Positions 20,276 through 31,239 are shown, counted from the stretch's first letter. The stretch: DNA of 64,000 nt from Escherichia coli 042 (GCF_000027125.1 NC_017626.1); one strand, 5' to 3'. Notes: generated from the letters alone by a model not told the origin. A program made the numbers and translations.

Positions 20276-21499
20276 ATGTCAATTGACTTTACCCCAGGTA
20301 TGATAAATACATATCACGGCGATATTTATAACCGCACAACAGATACCGACAATGTTAAAACACCAGACACACCGATGTGGCCTTGTGATAATCAGGAAGA
20401 ACAGCAGCCCATTAATTTTTCATTGTCTGAAGAAGGATATAACGCTGAACAATTTGATTTAGCGCAACAACAACTCCAACAAATTAATGCGTACCACACG
20501 AACACCACATATACAAATGCAGACTACTCAAAAATTGTGGCTCAAATTGTAAGTCTTATTAATAACATTGAAACGATAAGTTCGACACCACTTACGCAAC
20601 AGACACAATCAATACTTAATCAGATTAATAACATTAGATACGAAAAGAATAAAAATTCTGAATGTCGAATCATTGTTGTCGCTAATCCTAAACCCGACAA
20701 GGCAATCATAACTAAAATTAGCGTAGAAGAGGGAATACCAGTAAGATTCAGTGTCCAAACCATGTTTTCAGATACTAATTTTATTACTGAACAACGAGCT
20801 GACTTACCGACTAATATAAAAGATATTCAAAGCCTGTATCAAAAAATGACGAAGTTATATATTGAGCACAGTGAAAATAAAAACAGGATGAAAGTCTTTG
20901 CCGGAACCAACTTTATTGATTTCAATATGACAGGACAGAACCTGTCCGGGTTCGTTCTAACCTTGTCAAGGTTTTATTTCGAAGATCTACTTAATATAAA
21001 TTTCACTGACGCAAATTTAGGTGACGCTATTTTTTCACATAAAGAACACCCTACCCCAAAATTATATAAAGACGAACAATACCTTGACAAACAAATCGAA
21101 GGTTTATTTTCAACATTATTAACCATTAATGACAACTTTTTACGAGCAAAAGCGGAAATTGCTTCGACAATAATTAAATTCTTAGAGGCCAGGATAACCA
21201 ATATTTCATACAATGACATATTAAAATATCAGAAAGAATTCCAAAAGCAATGTTATAAGCAAGTTAAAGCCTTTACGACACTCTCCCGATACAATAAAAT
21301 TCAAACATGGGCAGAAATGTCTGAATATCAATTCGAAGTATTTCAATACGAGATGCTTAACCCCAAAAAAATGTCATACGCACCTTATTTAAAGAGATCG
21401 CTACCTGATGAAAAAACTATAAATTATGGGGTGGAAATAGAAACACCAACTGGCAAAAGAATTCGCTTATCAAATCATTACCAGAATATAATCCCATAA
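20276..21499 (+). CDS. yhiS: YhiS, uninterrupted (pentapeptide-repeat-like protein of unknown function)
   Basis: 407 aa, AT-rich, AAGGA SD. The pentapeptide-like repeats are in the middle ([29 protein letters not shown]). It occupies the slot between ars and slp where K-12 carries an IS5-disrupted yhiS. Confidence 0.6.
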   Translation: MSIDFTPGMINTYHGDIYNRTTDTDNVKTPDTPMWPCDNQEEQQPINFSLSEEGYNAEQFDLAQQQLQQINAYHTNTTYTNADYSKIVAQIVSLINNIETISSTPLTQQTQSILNQINNIRYEKNKNSECRIIVVANPKPDKAIITKISVEEGIPVRFSVQTMFSDTNFITEQRADLPTNIKDIQSLYQKMTKLYIEHSENKNRMKVFAGTNFIDFNMTGQNLSGFVLTLSRFYFEDLLNINFTDANLGDAIFSHKEHPTPKLYKDEQYLDKQIEGLFSTLLTINDNFLRAKAEIASTIIKFLEARITNISYNDILKYQKEFQKQCYKQVKAFTTLSRYNKIQTWAEMSEYQFEVFQYEMLNPKKMSYAPYLKRSLPDEKTINYGVEIETPTGKRIRLSNHYQNIIP

Positions 21500-21743
21500 T
21501 ATGAACATTAGCACTTTATAATCATTGAATAAAAATAGATTTTATGTACCTTTAAAAAAAGGCTATTTTATGGGGCGATGGATACTCATGTCACGCCCCA
21601 AAATTAACAGAATTAAACTAAACAGAAGGGATATAAACATCAGACAGGTTTACGTTACTATCAGGCATATCGCCTCAGAATCAGATGAAAACTATAAAGA
21701 AATATCTATTATGGTTTTAATATTTGTTGATAAGGATAGTAAC

Positions 21744-22310
21744 ATGAACATGACAAAAGGTGCACTCATCCTCAGCCTTTCATTTTTGCTTGCCGCATGT
21801 AGTTCAATTCCGCAAAATATCAAAGGCAATAACCAACCTGATATTCAAAAAAGTTTTGTTGCTGTTCATAACCAGCCGGGGTTATATGTTGGTCAACAAG
21901 CGCGCTTTGGCGGGAAGGTTATCAACGTTATCAATGGCAAAACGGATACGTTGTTAGAAATCGCTGTATTACCGTTGGATAGCTATGCGAAGCCTGATAT
22001 TGAAGCCAACTATCAGGGCCGACTGCTCGCCAGACAAAGCGGCTTCCTTGATCCAGTGAACTATCGTAATCACTTTGTTACCATCCTCGGTACCATTCAG
22101 GGTGAACAACCTGGCTTTATCAATAAAGTCCCGTATAACTTCCTCGAAGTGAATATGCAGGGCATCCAGGTGTGGCATTTGAGAGAAGTGGTTAATACCA
22201 CCTATAACCTGTGGGATTACGGCTATGGTGCATTCTGGCCGGAACCGGGCTGGGGTGCGCCTTACTACACCAACGCGGTGAGTCAGGTAACACCTGAGCT
22301 GGTCAAATAA
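21744..22310 (+). CDS. slp: Outer membrane starvation lipoprotein Slp
   Basis: MNMTKGALILSLSFLLAACSS gives a lipoprotein signal with LAAC lipobox. The product is 188 aa. The upstream extension in the ORF track is judged spurious. Confidence 0.85.
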   Translation: MNMTKGALILSLSFLLAACSSIPQNIKGNNQPDIQKSFVAVHNQPGLYVGQQARFGGKVINVINGKTDTLLEIAVLPLDSYAKPDIEANYQGRLLARQSGFLDPVNYRNHFVTILGTIQGEQPGFINKVPYNFLEVNMQGIQVWHLREVVNTTYNLWDYGYGAFWPEPGWGAPYYTNAVSQVTPELVK

Positions 22311-22462
22311 CACCACCGAAAGATGCAGATGCTTTCTCAGCATCTGCATCATGCATTACATCAAATTAATACACAGCCAGCTAACTATTATTATAAGCCC
22401 TGTCCTGTTAATTACCTTTGGCAAACTGATTATAAAGTTAATGTCCGCACCAGGAGTCGGTT

Positions 22463-22993
22463 ATGTTTCTTATAATTACCAGGGATACGATGTTCTTCAC
22501 TGCGATGAAAAACATTCTGAGTAAAGGTAATGTCGTTCATATACAGAACGAAGAAGAGATCGACGTAATGTTGCATCAGCATGCCTTCGTCATTATTGAT
22601 ACATTAATGAATAATGTATTTCATTCTAATTTGCTCACTCAAATTGAACGATTAAAACCTGTCCATGTGATTATTTTCTCCCCCTTTAATATTAAACGCT
22701 GCCTGGGGAAAGTACCGGTGACCTTTGTTCCGCGAACTATCACCATCATCGACTTTGTCGCACTCATCAATGGCAGTTACTGCTCTGTGCCTGAAGCGGA
22801 TGTGTCCCTTTCGCGCAAGCAGCATCAGGTTCTGAGCTGCATTGCGAATCAAATGACAACGGAAGATATTCTGGAGAAACTGAAAATATCGCTAAAAACG
22901 TTCTACTGCCATAAACACAATATCATGATGATCCTCAATCTTAAGCGGATCAATGAGTTGGTACGCCATCAGCATATTGATTATCTGGTGTGA
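22463..22993 (+). CDS. dctR: LuxR-type HTH regulator DctR (YhiF)
   Basis: 176 aa with C-terminal LuxR HTH. The sequence matches YhiF as recalled. Confidence 0.85.
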   Translation: MFLIITRDTMFFTAMKNILSKGNVVHIQNEEEIDVMLHQHAFVIIDTLMNNVFHSNLLTQIERLKPVHVIIFSPFNIKRCLGKVPVTFVPRTITIIDFVALINGSYCSVPEADVSLSRKQHQVLSCIANQMTTEDILEKLKISLKTFYCHKHNIMMILNLKRINELVRHQHIDYLV

Positions 22994-23053
22994 TCGATTG
23001 ATTAATATAAAGAGGCCCAGCAATAAATAGCCAGACCTCCCGTTAATTATACG

Positions 23054-24082
23054 TTATGCAGTAACGACTTCCGGTATCAGCGAAGCAATTTGCTTACGCC
23101 ATTGCGCTTGCTCCTGTTCGCCTTCTGTACGTTGACCATAAAGTTGCGCTATCTGCGTACCATCATGGGCAAACAATTCCAGACTGGTCACATAACCGTC
23201 ACTAGCAGGCTTACGGGTTACCCAGGTTTCAGCAATGCTCTCTTCTAATAGATGAAGAGTAAACGTCGGGTTAAAAATATTCAGCCAACCTTTCAGTGGC
23301 ACCACTTTTTCTACCACGCCAGTGAAAATCTGTACGCAGCCACGGTTGCCAACAAACACCATGATTTCATTACCATCCTGCTGTGCAGATTCAAGAATTT
23401 GCGCCAACGCACTGTTGGATACTTTGCAGGCCAAATCGTCTGCCACCAGATTGAACGCCTGTTGGCGCGTCAGGTTGTGGCGCTTGAGCAACGTAAAAAA
23501 CTGATGAACGTCGGTCATCGCCCGCCACTCTTGCTCGACCACACTGGCATCGGCTCGCATTTGAACGACTGGCGCATCAACGGCTTTTAACTCAAGCGGC
23601 GTATTCTCATCGGTGATAAACCGTGCCAGAAGCTCACTCCATGCCGCCATATCGGTATTGTCGGTGGCATAAACTTTTAGTAATGCATCGCCCTGATGAT
23701 CAAAGAACTGAATACTCTGGCGTTCGCCACGAGTCGTATTTTCTTTAATGTGAAAAACACTGGCCCATTGATTGAGAAACAGACGCAAATCCAGCGCGCG
23801 TGGATTGAGGATCAATCCGGCATGTCCGTTCAAATGCTGGTTTGTGAACGCACCAACTTGCTCATGGACTGCATATTCATTACGGCAAATACATTTGGTC
23901 TCGCCAACACTTTCGAGCGCCGCCAGAATGTCACGGATATCGCCGCACATCCGCCACGCATCGTGCGTGACGCGCGCAAATGCCAGTTCTGCTTCGCTAA
24001 TATTCATTAAACCTGCGATGTCACGCGCGTACTTTCCGGGATTTTGTTCTTTTAACTCAAGCCAGCGTGTGTAGTGGTTCAT
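23054..24082 (-). CDS. chuS: Haem oxygenase / haemin-degrading protein ChuS
   Basis: MNHYTRWLELKEQNPGKYARDIAGLMNISE N-terminus, 342 aa. It lies immediately downstream of chuA on the same strand. Confidence 0.85.
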   Translation of the reverse strand: MNHYTRWLELKEQNPGKYARDIAGLMNISEAELAFARVTHDAWRMCGDIRDILAALESVGETKCICRNEYAVHEQVGAFTNQHLNGHAGLILNPRALDLRLFLNQWASVFHIKENTTRGERQSIQFFDHQGDALLKVYATDNTDMAAWSELLARFITDENTPLELKAVDAPVVQMRADASVVEQEWRAMTDVHQFFTLLKRHNLTRQQAFNLVADDLACKVSNSALAQILESAQQDGNEIMVFVGNRGCVQIFTGVVEKVVPLKGWLNIFNPTFTLHLLEESIAETWVTRKPASDGYVTSLELFAHDGTQIAQLYGQRTEGEQEQAQWRKQIASLIPEVVTA

Positions 24083-24130
24083 TGTCTCTCTTCCTTCCAT
24101 ATAAATGCCCCGAAATATCGGGGCAGATGA

Positions 24131-26113
24131 TTACCATTGATAACTCACGAAAATTTTTCCATTACGACCATCCTGTGGGATGCCTTGTGGCGACCAGTAC
24201 TCTTTGTCGAAAGCGTTACCCAACACCAAAGTAGTGGTCATACCTTTGAGCGCCTGCTGCCCTTGATAACTGACGTAGAAATCATTCACGCCATAGCCTG
24301 GTTGTTTGCTGTAACTGCTGCTGATATGTGTTGAGCGATCGGCAAACGTACCAACCCACCCAACAGAGAAGCCACTGTGAGCGATCGGAATATTCAGGGT
24401 GCTGGTAACGGTATCCGGGTTAATACTGGAGATATATTCGCCGGTATCGGTGTCTTTGCCGCGGGTACGGTTATAGGCCACATCAAGGCTAAACAGATCA
24501 GTGGTATATTTCGTCATCACATCCCAACCCCAGATTTTGGCGTTCGGGACGTTATACGACATAGTTGTCGCCGCCGCGAAATCGACGGTCGTGGAGATGT
24601 AATCCTTCGCTTTGGTATCAAAGTAGCTGGCTTTAAATTCCAGAGCATCATTGGACAACATCAGATCATCAAAACGCAGCCCAAAACCGTACTCCTGAGT
24701 TTCGTTAGTTTCCGGACGTAAGTTCGGGTTTGGCACCCAATAGTTGGTATAGAAGCGACCAATCGAGAAGTGCTTAGAATCGTTATACATTTCGCCCATC
24801 GTCGGGGCGCGGAATGCCTGGGCATATGAGCCAAATAACATCAGCCAGTTAGCCGGGTTGATAGTCATCCCCGCGCGAGATGACCATTTGTCGGCATCAA
24901 CATCTTTGTAGCCGTCGCTGCTACCGCGATAACTGTCATAGCGGGTTCCGCCAAGCAGGGTAATCGGCAGATCGCGTAAGGTGATCTCATCCTGTAGCCA
25001 GCCGGAGCTAAAATCGATTTTTGCTTGCGGGAAGCCCGTCGTCGCGCCGCCCGGATGTTGTTCCTGACGATAATACTCACCGCCATATGTCAGTAAGTGA
25101 GAAGCGAAACTGTCGGCAAATAGAGTGGAACGGTTCTCCAGTTTGGCTCCTTTTGTTATCTGTTCACGATACTCGCCGGAACTCCCCGTGTTTTGCGCAT
25201 TAATACGGACTTCCGACCAGTAAATTTTTGCATCTGCATTTAACCAGTCGTTGCCCTGCGGGGCGAGTTTATAAGAAAGCTGCGCATCGCGTTGAATTGT
25301 TGAACGATCAACCATCGGGTTGCTGCTATCAGAAGCTTCAACGGTCTGCGGATTTTTTGGTTCACGCGCGTCGTTGTTGTAGTAACGCACTAAACCGCTC
25401 AGAGACTGGGCTGAATCAATTTGCCAGGTCCCTTTCGCCAGCATGTTATTAATGGACTCGTCATTCGGCGCGGTTTCACCATTGCTCTGGCGTAAATCAC
25501 CCCGATCGCGACTGGACCAGGCCACAATACCATCCAGATTTTCAGTTCGCCCAAACGCGCTCGCGCCTAATCCCAGGCTATGGTCCCCCGTGCCGCCAGT
25601 ACCAAAGACACGAAAACCACTACTTTGTCCTTCCTGCAATAAATCTTTTGCATCGACCGTATCGTAGGAGATCACCCCACCCAGCGCGCCACTGCCATAC
25701 AGTAATGCTGAAGGTCCGCGAACAATCTCAACACGCTTGATCAGCGCCGGATCAAGAAAAGTACCATTCAGGTGTCCGGTATCCGTTCCCTGGCGAACAC
25801 CATCGACAAGAACCAGCACGCCGCGATGATCATAGCCACGCATATTTACATCCTGACCGTTGGTTCGTCCGGTACCATCAAGAGTAATTCCAGGAACATG
25901 ACGCAGCAGATCGGTGGCTGAAGTAGCCGTTTGATTTTCAGGAGCGGAAGTGTCGATGACGCTGACCATCATAGGCGCTTCGAAGGAACTACGGGCATTC
26001 CCCGTTGCCGTAACGGTCATGGTTTCAGTAGCAAAAGCAAACGTTGGCAAGGTGGCAGAAACAGCCAAAGCCAACAAACTCAAACGCAACGAGGTAAATT
26101 GCGGACGTGACAT
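24131..26113 (-). CDS. chuA: TonB-dependent outer-membrane haem/haemoglobin receptor ChuA
   Basis: 660 aa with a signal peptide, a TonB-box region and a C-terminal aromatic residue (…FVSYQW). It also has the FRAP/NPNL haem-receptor motifs (AFRAPTMGE, NPNLRPE). Confidence 0.9.
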   Translation of the reverse strand: MSRPQFTSLRLSLLALAVSATLPTFAFATETMTVTATGNARSSFEAPMMVSVIDTSAPENQTATSATDLLRHVPGITLDGTGRTNGQDVNMRGYDHRGVLVLVDGVRQGTDTGHLNGTFLDPALIKRVEIVRGPSALLYGSGALGGVISYDTVDAKDLLQEGQSSGFRVFGTGGTGDHSLGLGASAFGRTENLDGIVAWSSRDRGDLRQSNGETAPNDESINNMLAKGTWQIDSAQSLSGLVRYYNNDAREPKNPQTVEASDSSNPMVDRSTIQRDAQLSYKLAPQGNDWLNADAKIYWSEVRINAQNTGSSGEYREQITKGAKLENRSTLFADSFASHLLTYGGEYYRQEQHPGGATTGFPQAKIDFSSGWLQDEITLRDLPITLLGGTRYDSYRGSSDGYKDVDADKWSSRAGMTINPANWLMLFGSYAQAFRAPTMGEMYNDSKHFSIGRFYTNYWVPNPNLRPETNETQEYGFGLRFDDLMLSNDALEFKASYFDTKAKDYISTTVDFAAATTMSYNVPNAKIWGWDVMTKYTTDLFSLDVAYNRTRGKDTDTGEYISSINPDTVTSTLNIPIAHSGFSVGWVGTFADRSTHISSSYSKQPGYGVNDFYVSYQGQQALKGMTTTLVLGNAFDKEYWSPQGIPQDGRNGKIFVSYQW

Positions 26114-26402
26114 AGCGATTCTCCATGAGGAAAATAAAAAATGCTGGCTGCCTGGGTTAATACCGGGGTGGCTGGCGAAAAATAAATTTATTTAAAATTC
26201 AGAGCGATAATATTCGCCGGGTGAGTTTACAGGCGTTTATATCCCATGAAATTGCCTGGTATCTCGGCAAATACGCAAAAGCACGCCCTCTTTGTCAGGC
26301 AAAACGATATGCCCCATCAGGAGTGAAGAGCGCTGTGCGTTACCCCTTGTAAATGATATGGCTTTGTTATCCATATGGCCGTATTTTGTTAAATGCAAAC
26401 GT

Positions 26403-26421
26403 GATAATGAGAATTATTATC
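26403..26421. promoter_or_regulatory. Fur box in the chuA/chuT divergent region
   Basis: gataatgagaattattatc matches the GATAATGATAATCATTATC consensus at 17 of 19 positions. Confidence 0.55.
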
Positions 26422-26754
26422 GATCAATTTTTTATGATCAAGCTTTTTTTTAACCGCCATTAACACAATAAACAGAGGGTTATGAAACTTATCCTGCGCC
26501 CTGGAAACCACTTTATTTTTATGGTTATTCCCCCATGACCTCATCACTAAACTTTGTCGTTAACAGTGATAATTTTCTCTTCGCTTTGCTCTGCAAGCCT
26601 CGATATCTCTGGGTTCTCAGCTTTTTCCCGCGCTGAAATTTAGTCGGTAACAAGAACGTTAGCTGACGAAGCATCTTGATAAAAATCAAAAATAAATACG
26701 CTTGTAACGCCTTGCGTATTGAATCGACGGTTGTATTTCATATATAACTCAAAT

Positions 26755-26773
26755 GATAATCATGATCATTCTC
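26755..26773. promoter_or_regulatory. Fur box immediately upstream of chuT
   Basis: gataatcatgatcattctc matches the Fur consensus at 16 of 19 positions, 24 nt upstream of the chuT ATG. Confidence 0.55.
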
Positions 26774-26796
26774 AATTTGATAAGAGTTCTCATATT

Positions 26797-27711
26797 ATGC
26801 CAAGGATCATCACCAGGCCGTTTCTTTTTTCCCCACTGACGTTATGTATTTCAGCCGTGGCCTCTGCTGCGAAGACCGCGGTAAAACGAAAAAAATTGTT
26901 TACGGCAGTACTGGCTCTTAGCTGGGCTTTTAGCGTAACGGCTGCCGAACGTATCGTGGTCGCAGGAGGATCGCTGACGGAGCTAATCTACGCGATGGGC
27001 GCTGGCGAACGCGTGGTTGGTGTCGATGAAACGACATCTTATCCACCAGAAACCGCCAAACTGCCGCATATTGGCTACTGGAAACAACTCAGCAGCGAAG
27101 GCATTTTGTCACTTCGCCCGGATAGCGTAATTACCTGGCAGGATGCCGGGCCACAAATTGTGCTCGACCAACTACGAGCGCAGAAAGTCAACGTCGTCAC
27201 CCTGCCGCGTGTGCCTGCCACCCTTGAGCAGATGTACGCCAACATTCGCCAACTGGCAAAAACGTTACAGGTTCCTGAACAAGGGGACGCGCTGGTGACA
27301 CAAATCAGCCAACGCCTGGAGCGAGTACAGCAAAACGTGGCGGCCAAAAAAGCCCCGGTTAAAGCCATGTTTATTCTCTCCGCAGGCGGAAGTGCGCCAC
27401 AGGTTGCCGGTAAAGGCAGCGTCGCGGACGCCATTCTTTCGCTTGCCGGAGCAGAAAACGTCGCTACCCACCAGCAGTACAAAAGCTACAGCGCGGAATC
27501 GCTGATTGCGGCTAACCCTGAAGTGATTGTCGTAACCTCACAAATGGTCGATGGCGATATTAATCGGCTACGTTCTATTGCCGGAATTACCCACACTGCC
27601 GCATGGAAAAACCAGCGCATTGTCACCGTTGATCAAAACCTGATTCTGGGAATGGGTCCGCGTATTGCTGATGTCGTTGAGTCTTTACACCAGCAGCTTT
27701 GGCCGCAATAA
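26797..27711 (+). CDS. chuT: Periplasmic haemin-binding protein ChuT. The start is taken at MPRIITRPF, giving 304 aa. The longer ORF from 26719 would include the Fur box.
   Basis: Class III periplasmic binding-protein fold signature. Position and length match ChuT/ShuT. Confidence 0.8.
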   Translation: MPRIITRPFLFSPLTLCISAVASAAKTAVKRKKLFTAVLALSWAFSVTAAERIVVAGGSLTELIYAMGAGERVVGVDETTSYPPETAKLPHIGYWKQLSSEGILSLRPDSVITWQDAGPQIVLDQLRAQKVNVVTLPRVPATLEQMYANIRQLAKTLQVPEQGDALVTQISQRLERVQQNVAAKKAPVKAMFILSAGGSAPQVAGKGSVADAILSLAGAENVATHQQYKSYSAESLIAANPEVIVVTSQMVDGDINRLRSIAGITHTAAWKNQRIVTVDQNLILGMGPRIADVVESLHQQLWPQ

Positions 27712-27730
27712 ATGGATTTAAATCAGACGA

Positions 27731-29068
27731 ATGAACACAAATAACACCCTGGATCTCACGCCACATTTTGCTTTAGACGGTGATCAGCCATTTAAAGACA
27801 GGCGCGCCATGATGCCGTTTCGTGGGGCCATTCCAGTTGCCAAAGAGCAACTGGCACAGACCTGGCAAGAGATGCTCAATCAAACGGTATCACCACGTAA
27901 GCGACTGGTTTATCTACACATTCCTTTTTGTGCAACACACTGCACGTTTTGTGGTTTTTATCAGAACCGTTTTAATGAAGATGCGTGTGCTCATTATACC
28001 GACGCCCTGATTCGTGAAATAGAAATGGAAGCGGACAGCGTATTGCATCAGTCAGCCCCCATCCACGCGGTCTATTTCGGTGGCGGCACGCCTTCCGCGC
28101 TTTCGGCACACGATTTGGCCAGAATTATCACCACATTACGAGAAAAGCTGCCACTGGCCCCTGATTGTGAAATCACTATCGAAGGCCGGGTACTGAATTT
28201 TGACGCTGAGCGAATCGATGCTTGCCTTGATGCAGGAGCAAACCGCTTCTCAATTGGTATTCAGTCGTTTAACAGCAAAATCCGCAAGAAAATGGCCCGC
28301 ACCTCGGATGGCCCAACCGCCATTGCGTTTATGGAAAGCCTGGTCAAACGCGACCGTGCAGCGGTGGTCTGTGACCTGCTGTTTGGCCTGCCGGGTCAGG
28401 ATGCGCAAACCTGGGGAGAAGATCTGACTATTGCCCGCGATATCGGTCTCGACGGCGTCGATCTCTATGCGCTCAATGTCCTGCCCAATACACCGCTGGG
28501 CAAAGCCGTGGAAAATGGGCGCACTACCGTGCCCTCTCCGGCAGAACGTCGCGATCTTTATCTGCAAGGGTGTGATTTTATGGACGATGCCGGTTGGCGC
28601 TGCATCAGTAACAGCCACTGGGGCCGTACCACACGCGAACGCAATCTCTATAACCTGCTGATAAAACAAGGTGCCGATTGTCTGGCCTTTGGTTCCGGAG
28701 CCGGCGGTTCGATTAATGGTTACTCCTGGATGAACGAACGCAATCTGCAGACCTGGCATGAATCCGTCGCGGCAGGCAAAAAACCGCTGATGATGATCAT
28801 GCGTAACGCCGAACGTAATGCGCAATGGCGTCATACCTTGCAGTCAGGTGTTGAAACAGCGCGTGTACCGCTGGATGAACTTACGCCACATGCCGAAAAA
28901 CTCGCGCCGTTACTGGCTCAATGGCACCAAAAAGGCTTAAGCCGCGATGCGTCAACTTGCCTGCGGCTGACTAATGAAGGTCGTTTCTGGGCAAGCAATA
29001 TTTTGCAGTCTCTTAATGAACTAATTCAGGTACTTAATGCGCCAGCGATTGTGCGTGAAAAACCATAA
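27731..29068 (+). CDS. chuW: Radical-SAM anaerobic haem-degrading methyltransferase ChuW (HemN-like)
   Basis: 445 aa with the CxxxCxxC radical SAM motif (CATHCTFC). Confidence 0.85.
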   Translation: MNTNNTLDLTPHFALDGDQPFKDRRAMMPFRGAIPVAKEQLAQTWQEMLNQTVSPRKRLVYLHIPFCATHCTFCGFYQNRFNEDACAHYTDALIREIEMEADSVLHQSAPIHAVYFGGGTPSALSAHDLARIITTLREKLPLAPDCEITIEGRVLNFDAERIDACLDAGANRFSIGIQSFNSKIRKKMARTSDGPTAIAFMESLVKRDRAAVVCDLLFGLPGQDAQTWGEDLTIARDIGLDGVDLYALNVLPNTPLGKAVENGRTTVPSPAERRDLYLQGCDFMDDAGWRCISNSHWGRTTRERNLYNLLIKQGADCLAFGSGAGGSINGYSWMNERNLQTWHESVAAGKKPLMMIMRNAERNAQWRHTLQSGVETARVPLDELTPHAEKLAPLLAQWHQKGLSRDASTCLRLTNEGRFWASNILQSLNELIQVLNAPAIVREKP

Positions 29069-29080
29069 CAGGAGTGATTT

Positions 29081-29575
29081 ATGAGCCATGTCTCGTTACA
29101 AGAATTTTTGAAAACGGAGCCGGACGGTACGCTGGAGGTGGTAGCCGAACAATACAACACCACACTGCTGGAAGTAGTGAAAAATCTGCCCTCCTCTACC
29201 ATAGTGTCAGGCGATAAATTCGATACTGTCTGGGATACCGTCTGCGAATGGGGCAACGTCACCACGTTAGTACATACTGCCGATGTCATCCTCGAATTTA
29301 GCGGCGAACTGCCTTCGGGTTTCCACCGCCACGGCTATTTCAACCTACGCGGAAAGCACGGCATGTCCGGGCATATCAAAGCAGAAAACTGCACACATAT
29401 TGCCTTGATCGGACGTAAATTTATGGGCATGGACACCGCATCCATTCTCTTTTTCAACAAAGAAGGCAGCGCAATGCTGAAAATCTTCCTCGGCAGGGAT
29501 GACCATCGTCAGCTCCTGAGCGAACAAGTCAGCGCCTTCCATGCTCTGGCAGCATCGTTAAAGGAACACGCCTGA
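29081..29575 (+). CDS. chuX: Haem utilisation/carrier protein ChuX
   Basis: 164 aa. Position between chuW and chuY. Confidence 0.8.
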   Translation: MSHVSLQEFLKTEPDGTLEVVAEQYNTTLLEVVKNLPSSTIVSGDKFDTVWDTVCEWGNVTTLVHTADVILEFSGELPSGFHRHGYFNLRGKHGMSGHIKAENCTHIALIGRKFMGMDTASILFFNKEGSAMLKIFLGRDDHRQLLSEQVSAFHALAASLKEHA

Positions 29576-30198
29576 TGACGCCGTGGCTACTCTTTGGCGC
29601 AGGCGGAAAAGGTATGGGTGCCAGAACGCTTGAACTGGCGCTGGCGGAACAACGTCCGGTCGTTGCTGTCGTTCGTCATGCCGATGCCGCTACGAAACTG
29701 GCGCAACAAGGCGTACAGGTTTTTACAGGCGACGCCTGTGATGCCAGCGTAGTCGCGAATGCTTGCCGCGCAGCTGGCCCGGATGCGCTTATCATCTCAA
29801 CAATGGGCGGAGCTCAGGATTATCTGGCGCACAGAACAGTGATTGATGAGGCCGAAAAGGCCGGCATCAGTCGCATGATTCTGGTGACCTCTTTGGGATG
29901 CGGCGATAGCTGGCCGTTTTTATCGGAGCGGGCAAAGGCTGCGTTTGGTCAGGCGGTACGGGAAAAAACGCTGGCGGAAAGCTGGTTGCAAACCAGCCAG
30001 CTTGATTACGCCATTCTCCGCCCTGGCGGTCTGCTTGATGGGGCGGCAACGGGCAAAGCACAACGGATACAAAATCAGGAGTGTCATGGTTTTGTTCACC
30101 GTGCCGATGTCGCCGCACATATCCATGAACTGGCAAATGCGCCAGCACTTAACCAGCAGGTCTACAGTCTGATTGAACCGGACCTGAAACCGGCGTGA
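29575..30198 (+). CDS. chuY: NAD(P)H-dependent anaerobilin reductase ChuY
   Basis: 207 aa with Rossmann GAGGKGMG. Its start codon overlaps the chuX stop. Confidence 0.8.
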   Translation: MTPWLLFGAGGKGMGARTLELALAEQRPVVAVVRHADAATKLAQQGVQVFTGDACDASVVANACRAAGPDALIISTMGGAQDYLAHRTVIDEAEKAGISRMILVTSLGCGDSWPFLSERAKAAFGQAVREKTLAESWLQTSQLDYAILRPGGLLDGAATGKAQRIQNQECHGFVHRADVAAHIHELANAPALNQQVYSLIEPDLKPA

Positions 30199-30246
30199 TA
30201 CCCCGGCGCGGCATGTCCGCGCCGTAATGTCGTAACGGAGTTTTGC

Positions 30247-31239
30247 GTGCTCAAGGATTCACTCTCTTCCGCCAGGGTCTTTATGGGGCTATCACTATTA
30301 TTGCTAGCTCTGGTGCTGTTCGGTGCCAGTCAGGGAGCGTTAAAGATCAGTTTTGATGCCCTTTTTGATGAGGAATACCGCGATATTTGGCTCAATATTC
30401 GTCTACCACGGGTTTTGTTGGCGGTGCTGGTAGGTGCAGCGTTGGCAACCGCAGGGGTAATTATGCAGGGGCTTTTTCGCAACCCAATGGCTGACCCTGG
30501 ATTACTCGGCGTCAGTAGCGGTTCTGCATTAATGGTTGGCGTTGCTATTGTACTGCCCTTTTCGTTCCCCGTGGTGCTGGTGCTTTATGAACAAATGGTG
30601 TTTGCCATCGCCGGAAGTTTAGTGGTCTGCACCATCATTTTTCTCATCACGCAGCGCCATCGCGATGGCAGCATGATGCAATTGTTACTCGCCGGTATCG
30701 CCATCAATGCCCTGTGCGGCGCAGCGATCGGCATCCTGAGCTATATCGGCGATGAGCAACAGCTACGACAACTCACGTTGTGGATGATGGGCAATCTCGG
30801 TCAGGCGCAATGGCCAACGTTATTGGTTGCCAGTTCCTTCATTCTGCCCGCCATTATGGCAACAACGTGTCTCGCCGGAACGCTGAATTTGCTGCAGCTC
30901 GGTGATGAAGAAGCCCATTACCTCGGCGTGAACGTAAAGCGTAAACGCCAGCAATTACTGTTAGTGAGCTCACTGCTCGTTGGTGCCGCCGTATCGGTAA
31001 GCGGCATTATCGGCTTTATTGGCCTGGTGATCCCGCATCTGATTCGTATGACTACCGGGGCAAATCACCGCTGGCTAATCCCTTGCTCCGCCCTCGCCGG
31101 AGCCTGTTTATTGCTGATGGCAGACACGCTTGCCCGCACGCTGGTACAGCCAGCAGAAATGCCCGTGGGATTATTAACCAGCCTGCTTGGCGGTCCTTAT
31201 TTTATGTGGTTGATTCTGCGCAACCGGAGGATCACATGA
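30247..31239 (+). CDS. chuU: Haemin ABC transporter permease ChuU
   Basis: 330 aa FecCD-family permease. Confidence 0.85.
   Translation: MLKDSLSSARVFMGLSLLLLALVLFGASQGALKISFDALFDEEYRDIWLNIRLPRVLLAVLVGAALATAGVIMQGLFRNPMADPGLLGVSSGSALMVGVAIVLPFSFPVVLVLYEQMVFAIAGSLVVCTIIFLITQRHRDGSMMQLLLAGIAINALCGAAIGILSYIGDEQQLRQLTLWMMGNLGQAQWPTLLVASSFILPAIMATTCLAGTLNLLQLGDEEAHYLGVNVKRKRQQLLLVSSLLVGAAVSVSGIIGFIGLVIPHLIRMTTGANHRWLIPCSALAGACLLLMADTLARTLVQPAEMPVGLLTSLLGGPYFMWLILRNRRIT

Noticed and set aside
20276-21499. Expectation of an IS5 insertion (as in K-12 yhiS)
   Set aside because: No transposase ORF or IS terminal repeats are visible. yhiS is continuous in this strain.
21525-21743. Upstream extension of slp in the ORF track (261 aa)
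   Set aside because: The Slp lipoprotein signal peptide starts at the ATG at 21744. The extension has no SD and is AT-rich promoter DNA.
26481-26537. 18-codon ORF (MKLILRPGNHFIFMVIPP) with a GAGGG SD in the chuA/chuT intergenic region
   Set aside because: It is too short and I know of no leader peptide described here. The region is better explained as the chuA 5' UTR and Fur-regulated promoters. It is worth a glance in Ribo-seq data but is not called.
26719-26796. Upstream extension of chuT proposed by the ORF track
   Set aside because: The extension would place a Fur box inside the coding region. The ATG at 26797 gives the expected 304-aa ChuT.
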